Shown in pieces: positions 50,760 to 63,260 of a DNA stretch of 64,000 bases (positions are counted from its first letter, which is position 1; each line of letters starts with the position of its first letter). The notes below the pieces were generated by a model, which saw only the letters and a program-made list of their open reading frames with translations, ran no database searches and had not been told where the DNA came from. Origin of the DNA: Paramoeba atlantica (Eukaryota; Protista; Discosea); assembly GCA_977017575.1 (NCBI GenBank), contig CDRNVI010000177.1, forward strand, positions 186,001 through 250,000, read 5' to 3'. A program made the translations under genes and the position numbers.

Positions 50760-51277
50760 ATTTCTGAAAAATATTTTCCATTTTTTTTGTGTCCTTCTCT
50801 CTCTCTCTTCTCTTGAAGTCTCAAGAGGAGGGGAAGGGAGGAGGAGGTTTGTTGATTGTGATTCTTTTGTTCCACTGGGGATTGGAAGATTTGATCTGGA
50901 AAAAAGAGAGCTAATGTTTGTTTTTTTTTCTTTTTGGATTTGTTTTCATACTCTCTGGATACTTAATTTGAAAATTCGGACCCAGAGAGTGTGAATATAT
51001 GATTACAAAAATATACCCAATCACAAAGGGACAAAAAACAAAATGAACCCTATGGGGAAGGAAAAAACAAATTTTTGAGAAAAGGAGAATGAGGAAGGAG
51101 CAAGAAAATGAAAAAAAAAAGAGAAAGAAAAAAAGAAGAAAAAAGGAAAAAAAAAAGATCCAGGAACCATCAAGATAGAGAAAAAGAAGGTTGGTGGGGA
51201 AGAAAATTGAGAAAAGGGCAAAGAAAAAAAGAAAGAAAAAAAGAAAAGAAAAAAAGAAAAGAAAAAAAGAAAAGGAG

Positions 51278-51363
51278 AAGGTCTTCAGCACTCAGGATCT
51301 ACTAACCGAGCCCACAGCAGTTCTGATGGGATCGGGTGCTTTCAACTGGGTATGACTGAAGAC
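51278..51363 (-). pseudogene. 5S rRNA pseudogene with two internal deletions
   Basis: Matches 21503-21626 but lacks two internal blocks (~24 nt and ~16 nt). Flanks on both sides are homologous to those of the intact copy. Confidence 0.9.
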
Positions 51364-54300
51364 ACTTTCTCTTCTTTTTTTTCTCCTTTTTATCAATCCA
51401 ATTATCCAAAATCAACAAAAAAGAAAAGAGAAGAGAGAAGAGAAAGAGGAAAGAAGAGAGAAAAGAAAGAAGAGAGAAAAGAAAAAAGAGAGGAAAAGAA
51501 GAGAAAAAGAAAAAACCTCAATTTTGTTTTTGGACAAAGGTTTGTCAAAGAATTTCTTTGTAATCTCTCTTCTTGTTTCAACTCTCTTTTCTCAGAATAA
51601 AAAACTTGTTTTAATCTAAAATAAAAGGAGCAGGACTGAAAGGAAAAACATAAAACAGAAAACAAAAAACGGAAAACAAAAAACAAAAGGAAAGAGAGAG
51701 AGTGATGGTCTTGAAGAAGAAAGAAGTAAAAAAGGAAAAGAAAAGGATGTGAAAAAAAAATAGAAAGAAAGAGATACAACCACCAAAAGAAAAGAGAAAA
51801 ATAACTGAGAAAAAGAGAAAAAGAGAGAAGGAGAAAAAACCACAAACCCACAAAAAAAAAACTGAAACAGGAAATGATGGACCTCTATTTTGGGTCCGGA
51901 TGGTTTTTTTTTTGTTGGCTCACGAAAGAGGGAGGGGAAGAAGGAGAGGGAGGAGAGGGAGGAAGTGAAAAGGTTCCAGAGAGAGAGAGTGTGTGTGTGT
52001 TCAAGGGGGGAGGGGGTTCTTGGGGGGGGGAGAGAGAATGGGAGAGGAGGGTGGCCTCTGTTTGCTTCTCTTCTTCTTCTTCTCTCTCTTTCTCCTTCTC
52101 TCCTTCTCTCCTTCTCTCCTTCTCTCCTTCTCTCCTTCTCTCCTTCTCTCCTTCTCTCCTCTCTCTCTCCTCTCCTCTTCTCTTTCTCTTTCTCTTCCAC
52201 TTTTTCTTTTTCTCTCTTTTCTCTTCTCTCTATTATTTGTTAAAAAAGGCTTTTGGTGGACAACTATCTCAGTGGGCAATGCCTGTTGAATTAATTTTGC
52301 ACGACTCTCTGATCTTCTTCAAATGTTTTTCTTTTCTTTTTTCTTTTTCTTTCTTTTTTTCTTTTTTTCTTTTTTTCTTTTTTTTCTTCTGATTAGATGA
52401 TTTTTTTTCTTTTCTTTCTTTCTCTCTTTTCTCTCTCACTTTTCTCTCTCTTTCTCTTTTTCTTCTCTCCCTCTCTTTCTCTCTCTCTCTCTCTCCGCTC
52501 TCTCTCTCTCTCTCTTCTCTCTCCCTTTCATAATATTTTTTTTTTTTTTATTTCTTTTCTTTTCTTTCCCTCTTCTTTCTTTCTTTCTTTCTTTCCCTCT
52601 TCTTTCTTTCTTTCTTCTTTCTTTCTTCTTTCTTTCTTTTCTCTTTGTAGGTATTTCAGTAAGAATTCATTCACATGACTGCTCAACTCATGAATCTTGT
52701 TCAAATGTATTTTTTTCTTTTTTTTTTTTTCTTTTTCTTTCTTTTTTCGTTCTCTTTTTCTTAAGATCAAAAACCTTTATTTTGTTGGGTGTTTTGTGAT
52801 GTGTTTTTTTTCTTTTCTTTGTTTTTCTTTGTTTTTTTTTAATTGGAAAACTAATTTTTCTTTCTTTTCTTTTTTCTTTTTCTGTTAGATGACAATATAA
52901 TCAAAAAACAAGAAAGACAGAACAATTGAAGGGATTTTGTGGTGATGTTTTTGGAGTTTTATGAACAAATTAAAAAGTCCTTTTGATTTGTTCAAACAAC
53001 TCTTTTTTCTTCTTTGACATTTTTCAGTGATTTGGGACCCTCAAAGAATTGGAATATCCCAGAAGATGATTCAATTCTCGCTGAGAGAGAGAAAGAGAGA
53101 GAGAGAGAGGAGTTGAGGAGTTAGGGAGTCAGGGAGACTTGAGATCCCACCAAATGAGGTTCTTTTTTTTCTTTTTTTTTCTTCTTTTTTCTTGTTTTTT
53201 TTCTTTCTTTTTTTTCTTCTCTTTTTTCTTTGTTTTTTCTCTTTTTTTTTTCTTTCTTTTTTTTTCTTCCTTCCTTTTCTTTTGTTTAATCTTTTATTTT
53301 AGAACAGAGACAAAAGTGTTCCACATTTTCCATTCTTATCAGAAAAGAGTGGAATTACATTGAAAAGGGTTCTTTTCTTTGATTGATCTGCTTTCAATCA
53401 GAGGTTTTTTCTTCTTTTCTTCCTGTTTCTTTCTTATCTTTCCCTTTTTCTCCCTTTTTTACCTTTTTTCTTCTTATCTCTTTTGTTTTTCCCCCTCTTT
53501 TCCTTCTTTTTCTTTTTTTCCCTTTCCTCCTTCCCCTTTCCTTTTGTTTTTTATTTTGAATTTTTTGATTGACTTTCCTTTTGAATGAAGGGAGTGGAAG
53601 TGGGTGGTTTTTAATACAAACAATAATGGAGAATTCATGATGGGGTAGAAAAATACACTTGGCACCTTTCTGATTTTCCACCTTCTCACCAAAGGCACTT
53701 TCTGCTGTGCAAGTTGTTGTCACCACTATTGTTTTGTCCTTGTTATCACACCAGGTTTTCCCCCCTTCTTTATTTTGTGTTTTGTTGTTCCTGGAGTATT
53801 GTGCATTGTTTGTGGGGGGATTGTTGTTTTATTGTTTTGTTGTTTGTTATTTGTTGGTGGTTTTTAGAGGTGGTTGTTTCTTGGTTGGATATTTGGGTTA
53901 TGGGTTATTTGGTTTTGTTGAATACCTGTTGAGGGAGTGTCTTGTTGTGATGATAATGTCTCCACTTTGTGCTTGTGATTAATATCCAAGATTGAAAGAA
54001 AGGCAAAACAAATTGAATGGATTGTAAGGAGTTTTATATGAACAAGTTAAATAGTTCTTTTGATATTGTTCAAACAACACTATTATTTCTTTGATGTTAT
54101 TTAAGAGGATTAGACCTGGTGGATCCTTGAGAATATCAATTATTTCTTTAATTATTTTATGACTCACCCCAGTTCAATGTTGGGACCTTTCTTTGATTTG
54201 GCATTCCCTTTGTCTTTTGAGAAACAAGAACTTTGAGAGAAATGGGAATCATTTTACCTTGAGGGGACACTGGATCAGGGAGACCATCTATTAAGCTGTG

Positions 54301-55047
54301 AGAGGTAAGGACACAAGGTTCTTTTTTCTTTCTTTTTCTTACTAGTTTTTATCTTCTTTATCTTTTCTTTTCACCTCCTTTTTCACATTTTTTTTTTGAA
54401 CAGAGAACTCATTTCTTTTGATCTTTTTTGAAGAAGTAACTATTTTGGTTCTTTCCTTGTTCAGTGGCAATACAAGCAAAACTCAAATGACCTCAAGCAA
54501 GAAGACTTATACTCTCTCTGGGTACAAATTTTCAAATTAGCACCCAGAGAGTATGAAAATTCTGGGGGTTCATTGTTCTTTTGAAGAAAGTTATTTTTCA
54601 AATAATGTCTTCTATTTTTGTTTCAAAGGAGGGGGATTGAAAAACTTCTTTTTCAAACCTCAGGAGAATAAGGAGAAGGGCAAGAACCATCTATTCATCT
54701 AACAGATTCAATTCTCACATAGTGAATTTTTTCATTTTTTTTTATCTCTTCTTCAATCTTTTCTTTCCTTCTCTTAGATTAGAAGTGAGAATGAGAACAA
54801 ATATATTATATATTTCCTCATTTATTGCATCAAGATATTGCACAATTTGATCAGGTTTATTTTGGTTAACAATATTATATCAGGTTCCTTCCAGGGGGCC
54901 TAATTAGTCTTTTTGGGCCTAATTAGGCTCCTGTTTGTTGGCCAAAATAAAGCACATTTTTGAACTTTTTTTTTTTTTGACTTTCTTTTGTGTTTCTTTG
55001 AGGTTTTTTCTTGATTTTCATCACAATGCCTTTCTCAGAAAGTCTGA

Positions 55048-57581
55048 ATGAAAAAAGTTACAGTGGTGAGAAAAATGAGTTCTGGATCAACTTCTCCAAG
55101 AATTGAAGAATTGAAGGAGGATACTATTTGGTTCTGCAAAGCTGTGAACCTTTGCCCTTCTCATCTTCTAAGGAAACATTTTGGTGACCAATATCAAGGA
55201 GCATCTCTCTCTTCACTCAGGGTGAAAAGGGTGGAACTTCAGAACTATGACAGGAAATCTCAGATGGTAGTTTTGCTTCGTTCTCCTGTCTTCCAGAATG
55301 ATTACCTTCTGGCTCTCCCTGAAAATTTGAAGTTTGTTGGAGAAGCAGATGTCTCAGAGGGTTGTGGGACTTCAACTCATCCATCTTCATCTTCATCATC
55401 CTCTTCTGGCTCAGGAGGATCAAGTTCTGGTTCATCCCAAGCATCAACAACCTCTGTGCCTGTTTTGGGCTCATCTGATACTGATGATGAAGATACTGAA
55501 TCTTGCTCTGATATTGAGGAGGAAGGGGAAGACAATGCAGCAGAACTCGTTGAAAATGATCTTTCCTTTGTGTTTCTGAGTGGTCTTCCTCAACAACTGA
55601 TGCTCGTGCTGTGATAGGAGCACAAGACTTCAAGGCCTGTACAAGAATTCACTTTGATGCTGTTTATGTCCCCACTCCCCTCGATATTTTTCTCCAAGTT
55701 CTGCCTCTAGCCTTTCTAAAAACTGATGTGCTGAAAGCAACAAATGAGTTTAACCATTCTTTGAACTTCACTGAAGCTGAAATGCTTGATTTTATTGCCT
55801 TGTGCCAGATTATGTCTTTCTACCCAGGACATAAAAGAAGGGATTTTTTTCGAATTTCAAAGGATTCAGCTGGATCTTCCTTGCATGGTACACTGCCTTA
55901 TCTTGGGAAATATATCAGTAGAAATCGGTTTGATATGATTGTCTCCTCTCTTAAACTTGCTCCTCTCTCTGCAAAACCCTCTTACACAGACCGTATGTGG
56001 GAAATTCGACCCCTGATTGCTGCTTTTAACGAGAAGATGAAGACCATCTTTGTTCCAAGTTGGCAGGTCTGTCTGGATGAGTCTATGGTGGTGTGGTTCT
56101 GTAAATGGGCTCCTGGTTGGATGTTTGTTCAGAGGAAACCTCATCCTTTTGGAAATGAATATTATACAATTGGTTGTGGGGAGACTAGAGTGATATTCTT
56201 TCTTGAAATTGTGGAAGGAAAGTCCCATCCTCCTGAAATGGGCCTGCCCAAGTTTCAACCTCCATCTGGTTCTGGAGCGAAAACTGTTGGTTTAATGTCA
56301 GAATCCTGGTGTGAACTGATTCCATATTGTGCAAATTAATCTGTTTCTCTTTGTACACCACTGTGCTCCCCTGTTGTGTGAATATCCCTGATGAACATTT
56401 GTAAGATTATACAAACTGTTCTGATTCTGCATGTATTCCTGTCTCTCTCATCTGAGCTCTTCCCACCCAGTTCTCACTCTGAAATCAAGTTGTTCCCTTA
56501 ATATTTTCGCACCATCTTATTTGTTTATTTTATATAATCTTTATGTCAATTAATCCTGTGTTCTGTAACATTTATCTGTGATTTAATCTCCCCACCACAT
56601 CCTTTTTCTTGTGTGTTTTTGTCTTTCATTCTGTTTTGTTTCTTGTCAATTCCACACTTGTTATATTTGTTGTCCCATACAAATACTTCTTTTGTTTGTT
56701 GGTAAAAGGAATAAACTTACTTGGTTGGTTTCCTTTGCGATGCACCACCAATCTTTCCCATGATTTGCTCTTGACTTTTCTCTTTCTTTCTTTTTCCCTT
56801 TCTTCCCTTTCCTTCTTTCCTTCACCTGCCCACTCTTTCCTTCCCCAAACTCCTGGCCACTTCACATTTAATGCTTAGAATGACTGAGGGAATTTGGGGA
56901 ACTGGTCGAGTAGTTGCTTTGGATAGTGGTTTTTGTGTGTTGGAAGGTTGTATTCAACTTCTTTGAGAAGGGATTGTATTGTACTTCAGTTGTGAAGAAA
57001 AAACGATATTGGCCCAAAGGAATTCCAGGGGAAGAGATTGTTGCATACCTCAAGGAGAAGGAATATGGTTATGTGTGAAAGTGAAGAAAGGATCTCTGAG
57101 AGGTTATAAATTCTATGTGGAGGCTTTCCAAGATGTTCATCACTCTTCTATAATGATTAATACCTGGGGAACTTCTTTTCCCACTGGTTGCCCACGAAAT
57201 TGCAAGCTTGAAGGCCAAAGACTCTCCCTGTGATATACTCAGCCTCTTGACTTTTACTATCAAACCAGGCATTGTGTGGATGATCACAACCAACTGAGGC
57301 AAGGTTCTCTCTCCTTGGAGAGTTCCTGGAAGACCAAAAAATGGGTCCACAGGCAGTTTGCTTTCATTCTTGTAGTTGTGGAAGTCAATGCCTTCCTCAT
57401 ATTTCAGCACTTTTTCCCCCAAGCCAAAGAGCTCTCCTTTGCAGAATTTCGTTTTGAGGTTGCCCAAGGTCTACTCTCTCAGAATCATCCCTTGGATGAA
57501 GGCTATAACCTGCGAATACCACTCCCAACTCATGTAGAACATCATCTGATGATCAAGCCCAACTTTGCTGGAGTTTGGTGA
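55048..57581 (+). pseudogene. piggyBac (DDE_Tnp_1_7-type) transposase, disrupted
   Basis: PLDIF, ISRNRFDMI, DRMWEIRPLIAAFN, VCLDESMV, RKPHPFGNEY, KTVGLM|LRMTEGIWGTGRVVALDSGF, WVHRQFAFILVVVEVNAFL, FRFEVAQGLL. Frameshifts plus the LTR insertion. Confidence 0.9.
56296..56866 (+). mobile_element. Solo LTR (571 bp) inserted in the piggyBac transposase
   Basis: TGTCAGAATCC...CCACTTCACA ends, 5-bp TSD TTTAA. Removal restores GGT TTA ATG CTT AGA (GLMLR). Confidence 0.9.
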
Positions 57582-60136
57582 AATGGTAATTGCAGGCACA
57601 TGACTGAGGACTAATTAGTCCTTTTGAAAAATAATGTTTTTTTTTTTTTGGTGACTCAATTTTTTTTTTTAAAAAACAATATTTGGACAAATATTTCTTG
57701 ATATTCTTGTTTAAAAGATCTTTATTAAAAAGTTTATCAAAAAAAATCTCCCCTCCACCCACCAGTGGCTTCAAAAAAAGAGTCAAAAATAGGGATCTAA
57801 TTAGTCTTTTGGCCTGGAAGGAACCTGATTTTCTGGAGAGTTTAACAATTTTATTTGTTTTTTTTCTGGTTTTTCTGGTTTTTTCTTTTTTTCTGGTTTT
57901 TCCTTTTCTTTTGGAAGATGGTGAAACATTTCTCCCAGAGTCTCACAGTTTTTGTGCTGTGTGGTTCACATATCTCAGATCAATCTTTCTCTTTGGTACA
58001 AAAAGGGTGGAGATGCTGCTGTTGGTGAAGTCTCCTCTTTGTTCTGTTCCTTTGCATACTTCTTGAGTACTTTCTCTGGCCTTCTTTTCCATTGTTTATC
58101 CCTCTTGATTATCCTTGGTTTTGGTCTCTTCCCCTTTTGGAGTAGAGTTTCTCAAGCCAACTCCAAAACCCCCCCCCTTATTTATTTTGATCTCAATCTT
58201 CCATCTTCTTTTCTTTCTGATTGCAATCTGAACCAATTGGGCCAATTCAACATTCAAATAGGTTCTTGGCTGCTTCCTCTTAACTGCCCAAAAGGTGGCT
58301 TGACAAAAGGTCTCAATATTCAAACCCTCCCTTGCATCCCCTGAGAATCTCAGTGACCCTTATCAAGGGGGGAAATATTCATCCTTTTGGCCAACTGAGC
58401 TGATTGGCATTACTAGTTTGCTCCTCTTGGGTTCATATTTCTTTATCACTTTCTTTGAAATCTCCTTGAACCTCCTCATTTGATAACATCCACCTCTCAA
58501 GATCCTTGGATTTCCTAAAGTTGGTGTTAGAGAATCATTTTCTTCTGTTCTTGTTGATAGGATTGAAGATTTCTCCTAAATCAAATTTCACTTTCTCATC
58601 CTTTCCATTCTCATGTGTCTCTCTCTCTCTTTTATTTCTTTCTCAAGTCCTAAATTCTCTTTCTCCATTTCCCCCTATTCCCCTCATTAATTCCACAAGC
58701 TGGTCTTCCACACCATGCTTGCATGAATTTGATCGTGGTGACTACAATGATGAGGTACAAGAGTGCTTTTTATGTGCAGAAAGTGCTTAAATTCTTTGAT
58801 CAAGGATATCTTTTGAGATATTGCATTCCTTCTGATGATGTGTGCGCTTTTTGTCCATCTCCTGTGTGCCCCATTTTGCCCCTCATCCACTCTTGTCTTA
58901 CCCCTTCCTTCTTCTTTGCCTTCTTCTCCTCTGGTTTTTAATTTACTTTAAAGATGTCAGATCATGCAAGATGAACTTGTGGACACAGGATTGGAAATTC
59001 AAAATTGATTATTCTTTGCTTCTATTTTTGATTCTGGTAATATTCCATTCAAGAGAAGATTTCTCATTTGTTTACAAAATGAATCAGCCATTTGTTCAAT
59101 TCAGGTCTATTGCTTTGTCTCCTCTCCAATATCTCTGCTTGTCCTTACCCCTCTCCTTAGGAGTTTGTTCATCAGTTATTCAAACTAAGTCTTGCTCAGA
59201 TAAAGCATTAATCTTTTGGGTGACTCTTTTGTGCCCTACATTTGGTTTTGGCATGGGTGTGTGCACTCAACATCCTCCTCCATTCCAGATAAGGTTCAGT
59301 GAAAGCATCACCACTTGAGTGGCCTGGTGTTTGAGACTGAAATTGAAAGTTGACCCATCAATACATTAACAAATGTCTTATACAAAGTTGACCTATCAAT
59401 TGCATACTCAGTGTTTTGGCCAATGCTGAAGCCTTGAGTGATGTGGGCTCTTGGAGTGCACACTGGAGAACAAGTTGACCCATGCAACACCTCAGACCCA
59501 AAATGATGACTGTTTGTTGAGGGAACAAGTTGACTCATGTTTTCTGATGACTCTTGTCTGGTTTAAGCAGGGGAGTAAAGTTTCAAAATAAATCTCTTTC
59601 CAGATCTCCAATGATGAGAGTGAAACTGTCATCTTGCTCATGATGAACAGTAACAGTTGAATCATTTTTGTTTGTCCAATTTTCTTTTGAGTTCATCAAG
59701 ATCCTTACAATTCTCAATCATTTCATTGAGTTGTGTCAGCATTTGCTTCTTTGCTGCTTGGAGGTTGATTTCCTCTTCTCTTTTCCTTTTAGGTGGTGGA
59801 GGGGTTTGATCAGATTGAGCAAACCACTGGACCAGGTTCATGCAATTACTTGAGAACATTTCAAAAGCTATTGTTGCCATAAGTTGAGATGAGGGAGGAC
59901 CAAGTCTTGTGTCCCTGGCCAATTCTTTTCACTTTCAAAAGTTTTCCAATGTTCAGCCAAAGACATTGAAGATTACTGTGATCAGTGTTTTCTTCATAAG
60001 CTTACATCAGGTTGCATTGACCCAGACAATGAAGAAGAAGAAGAAGAAAAACTTGAATCAGAGTTTCTTCAAACAATCAGTGTCAAGTCAAGATCACTGA
60101 GAATACATCCAGGAATGGGAGTCTCTGGTGAAAGAG

Positions 60137-60476
60137 TTTCTGTTTGGATCAATTGACAAAACAGGTTCTTTTTTTCCCTTTCACAACATCATCACCTTCA
60201 ACTTCTATGCATAACCTTTTCTTTCAAATCAAACAATCCAATCATCAAAAGAATAATAAACACACACTTTTTTTCCTTTTTCTTTTTCTTTTTTGTTCCA
60301 TTTCTTCAACCTTCACCATCTTCATTCAACCAAAAAACAAACAAATCAGAAAAGAGACCACAAGAGTGAACATATGGATATAACATTAGATTTTTTTTGA
60401 AGGCTCAAAAGGAATATTTGAAGTCACTTCAATTCTAAAAACACTATGATTGCAAGTGCAGCTTAAGCCCACTCTC
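60137..60476. mobile_element. Right end of a third copy of the Harbinger/ISL2EU-like element
   Basis: Matches ~2885-3220 and ~42095-42434, ending GATTGCAAGTGCAGCTTAAGCCCACTCTC. Confidence 0.8.
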
Positions 60477-60732
60477 ATGTAAAGCATTAAACCAACAGTT
60501 TTCACTCTAAAACCTGATGGAGGTTGAAACTTGAACAAGCCCATTTCAGGAATTTTAAGAGGATGGAACTTTCCCTTGACAATTTCAAGAAAAAATATCA
60601 CTCTAGTCTCTCCTCAACCAATTATATGATGTTCATTTCCAAAAAAATATGGTTTCTTTCTGAATAAACATTCAACTAGAAGTCAATTTGTAGAACCACA
60701 CCACTATACACTCATTCAGACAGACCTGACAG
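60477..60732 (-). pseudogene. Fragment of a second piggyBac transposase copy
   Basis: Reverse complement aligns to ~56080-56300 (IFFLEIVKGK.HP...PEMGLFKFQPPSG...KTVGLML). Confidence 0.85.
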
Positions 60733-60744
60733 ATCTGTTAACTT

Positions 60745-62790
60745 GGAGCAAAGATGGTCTTTATTTTTTTGTTAAAAGCAACATGTAATCATGGATGGGG
60801 TGATCTCTCATGATGATAATGTGGTTAAAAAAGCAATTAAGGATTTTTGGGAGGGTCTTCTCAGCACAGAAAGACCATATAACAAAGATTCTCTTGATGA
60901 ACTGATTGCTGACCACCAACCTCATTTCCCCCCAGTTGAGAAACATGATGTGGACAGAAAGAAAGTCAATAAACTACTTCAGAGAACCAACAACACCAGC
61001 ACAGGACCTGATGGTATTCCCTTCTCTTTGTATAAGGCAACACAAGAGAAGTACTTTGATATGTGGGTAGAACTAATTCAACAAGCAGGTGAGGTTATGA
61101 ATTTTCAGGAGATCAATTGATGAAGCAGTAGAATCAGTATATGACTCTTTTTACAAAGCTTTGGCAGAGGGGAAAGATGTGACTCTCCTCCAAACAGACT
61201 TTTGCAAGGCATATGATTATGTGAATTGTGATGCACTCCTTCATATTCTCAAAGGTTTGAACACCCCCCTCAAGCAATCTATGTTGTTGAGAAAGTCCTT
61301 TGTGAATATGTAACCTGGCTGTCAAATATTGGTGGATCCAAGAGGGCAAGCATCAAAGAATCAATTCAAAGATGGACAGGAGTTAGACAAGGATGCTCAA
61401 TCTCCCCTCTATTGTTTGTGATTGTGTTTGACATCTTCCTTGTGAGTTTGAAGAAGAAACACAACCCCCAAGATCTGCCAGGCTTTATGGATGATTTGAG
61501 GATGGTGCTTCAGTGAGCTGAAACCATCAATTCTCTCACTCCAACCTTTAAGAAATATGAAGAAGTGACTGGAGCTAAACTGAACTTTAATAAGTGCTTT
61601 GACCTCTCAACTGAGTCTTACAAACCAGTAGGCCCCTGGTCTGAGATGGCAAGACCCAATTACTGTGGTGATGAAACTGGGAGTGAGATTGAGTAAATGG
61701 TTATTTCCTCTCAAAGATTGGGAAAAGGTGGTTGTGCACAGGGTGCTAGTTTAGCCCCAGGGGAATTCAGTGAAAGATGAAGCTCAAGAAGGAGAAGAAT
61801 TATGAATTTGTAGAGTTCAGATATTAGCTGAAGAAGAGAAAGAGAAAGAAACTCACTTGGGAGTTTCAGAATAAAAAAAGCGCTTGAAGACCATTCTTGA
61901 GTCCATTGTTCTCTGTGTGTTAGAGTGACTGTGTGTCTGGTGTGGAGTCAGGAGGTCATTCACTGTGGTCCAAAAGATGAAGAAAGTTGGAACAGCAATT
62001 AAAAAGAGAGGTAGGAATTTTTGCTCAAGAGTGAAGATGGTCAATACCTATCTAACTCCATGTATGGAATACTTAGTGAGATTCAAGTTGATCCTAAAAT
62101 CTGTTACCTCTTTGATGTGGAAATCCATCTGCTTAGCCCTGGGTGCCATGCCAACACTAAAACCTCTGTTCTTACTTTATGCTATCCCCTTTGGACTCAA
62201 ATCCTCAACTACACCACTCCATTGTTTTTAATTGGGCTCTTTTCACCTCTTGTCCACCAATAAGGAGTGACTATCAGAGTCCTCTCTCCATTGGAGCTAT
62301 GCAGAAGGATGCTTTCATTACAGCCCAAAGCCTTTCTTCCAAAGTTGTGTTTGGCCAGACCACTTGTGTTGTATATACCAATATGTCTCAAATGATTCCA
62401 ATTGAAATCAAAGACTTGTATGTGGGGGAAGGAAGAGCTGAGTGTGTGGTGTACAACTTGACTCATGCAATTAGACCTCAGCTCAAGAGGAATTTACTTA
62501 AATTTCTAATAAAAGAGCTATCTACAAGAAACAAGTTGTCTCACTTCTCAAACTAAGATTCAAGTTGTTGCTTAACTGCCACTGAGAAAAGAAGTTATGA
62601 TTTCATCTACTGGAAAAATGCTCTGTGGTTGAGGGTCTTCTTCAAGCAAGGGGAAGGAAATGTATTTTGCTGAAAGTACTCAACTGGTAAGAAACTAAGA
62701 GTGTGTGGCCTTGTCTCAAAGTATCTTACCAGGCAAGAAACCTCTGTGGTGAGTGCTGCCCTGCTGAGTTTGTAGCTCACAGTGTGTGCA
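60745..62790 (+). mobile_element. Decayed L1/Tx1-like non-LTR RT remnant
   Basis: STGPDGIPFSLYK, QTDFCKAYDYVN, GVRQGCSISPLLF, GFMDDL, GAKLNFNKC, SRVKMVNTYLTPCMEY. Multiple stops and deletions. Confidence 0.8.
61669..61962. mobile_element. Candidate solo LTR (294 bp) of a different family
   Basis: TGATGAA...TCATTCA ends, flanking direct repeat CTGTGG, internal AATAAA, sits inside the LINE RT remnant. Single copy in the window. Confidence 0.55.
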
Positions 62791-62931
62791 AAAGGAACTA
62801 AATCAGCCTAATATACTAAAAAAATTTTCAAAAAAATCCTGAGAAAGAATAAAATCCTCCCTTGGCCTCTAAGGACTCAAACCAAAAAAGAATTTAAAGA
62901 GAAAAAAAGTTTTAAATTCAAAGGCTTTTAA

Positions 62932-63260
62932 ATGTTTTATAATGGTTCAGGACATACAAACCCTCATTTAGAGGGTGTAGATTTTGCAGTTTTCAGGAAA
63001 GAAAGAGAGATATGTGGTGGGTTTGAAACTATTTCTTTTGGCTTTAACAATATTGGTGAATTTACAGGCTGTTTGAGAGGGATACAAAGTGTTAAATCAA
63101 TGATAAAAGAGATTATGATTGTTGGAGATTGTATAATTCTTACCAAGGTAATGTTTAAAACTCATACTAGAAAAAATTATACTTTAAATGAATTACTTTG
63201 TGAAATTACAAGTTAAGGCTTGAAGGTTTGTAATACTATAAGCAAAACAACTATTTAAGA
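62932..63260 (+). pseudogene. Degenerate RNase HI-like domain (archaeal/plant L1-type)
   Basis: FYNGSGHTNPHLEG (cf. FDGAS.GNPG.AG), FGFNNIGEF (cf. TNN.AEY), IVGDCIIL (cf. GDS.LV). Confidence 0.55.

Larger units (their letters stand above)
54881..57827 (+). mobile_element. piggyBac-like DNA transposon interrupted by a solo LTR
   Basis: 15-bp TIR CAGGTTCCTTCCAGG (54881-54895 and 57813-57827), subterminal CTAATTAG repeats, flanks ATAT and ATTT. Confidence 0.88.

Noticed and set aside
57950-60100. Decayed coding-like sequence on the minus strand (similar stretches at 12480-13730 and 38600-39350)
   Set aside because: No recognisable family motifs, so it cannot be annotated without searches.
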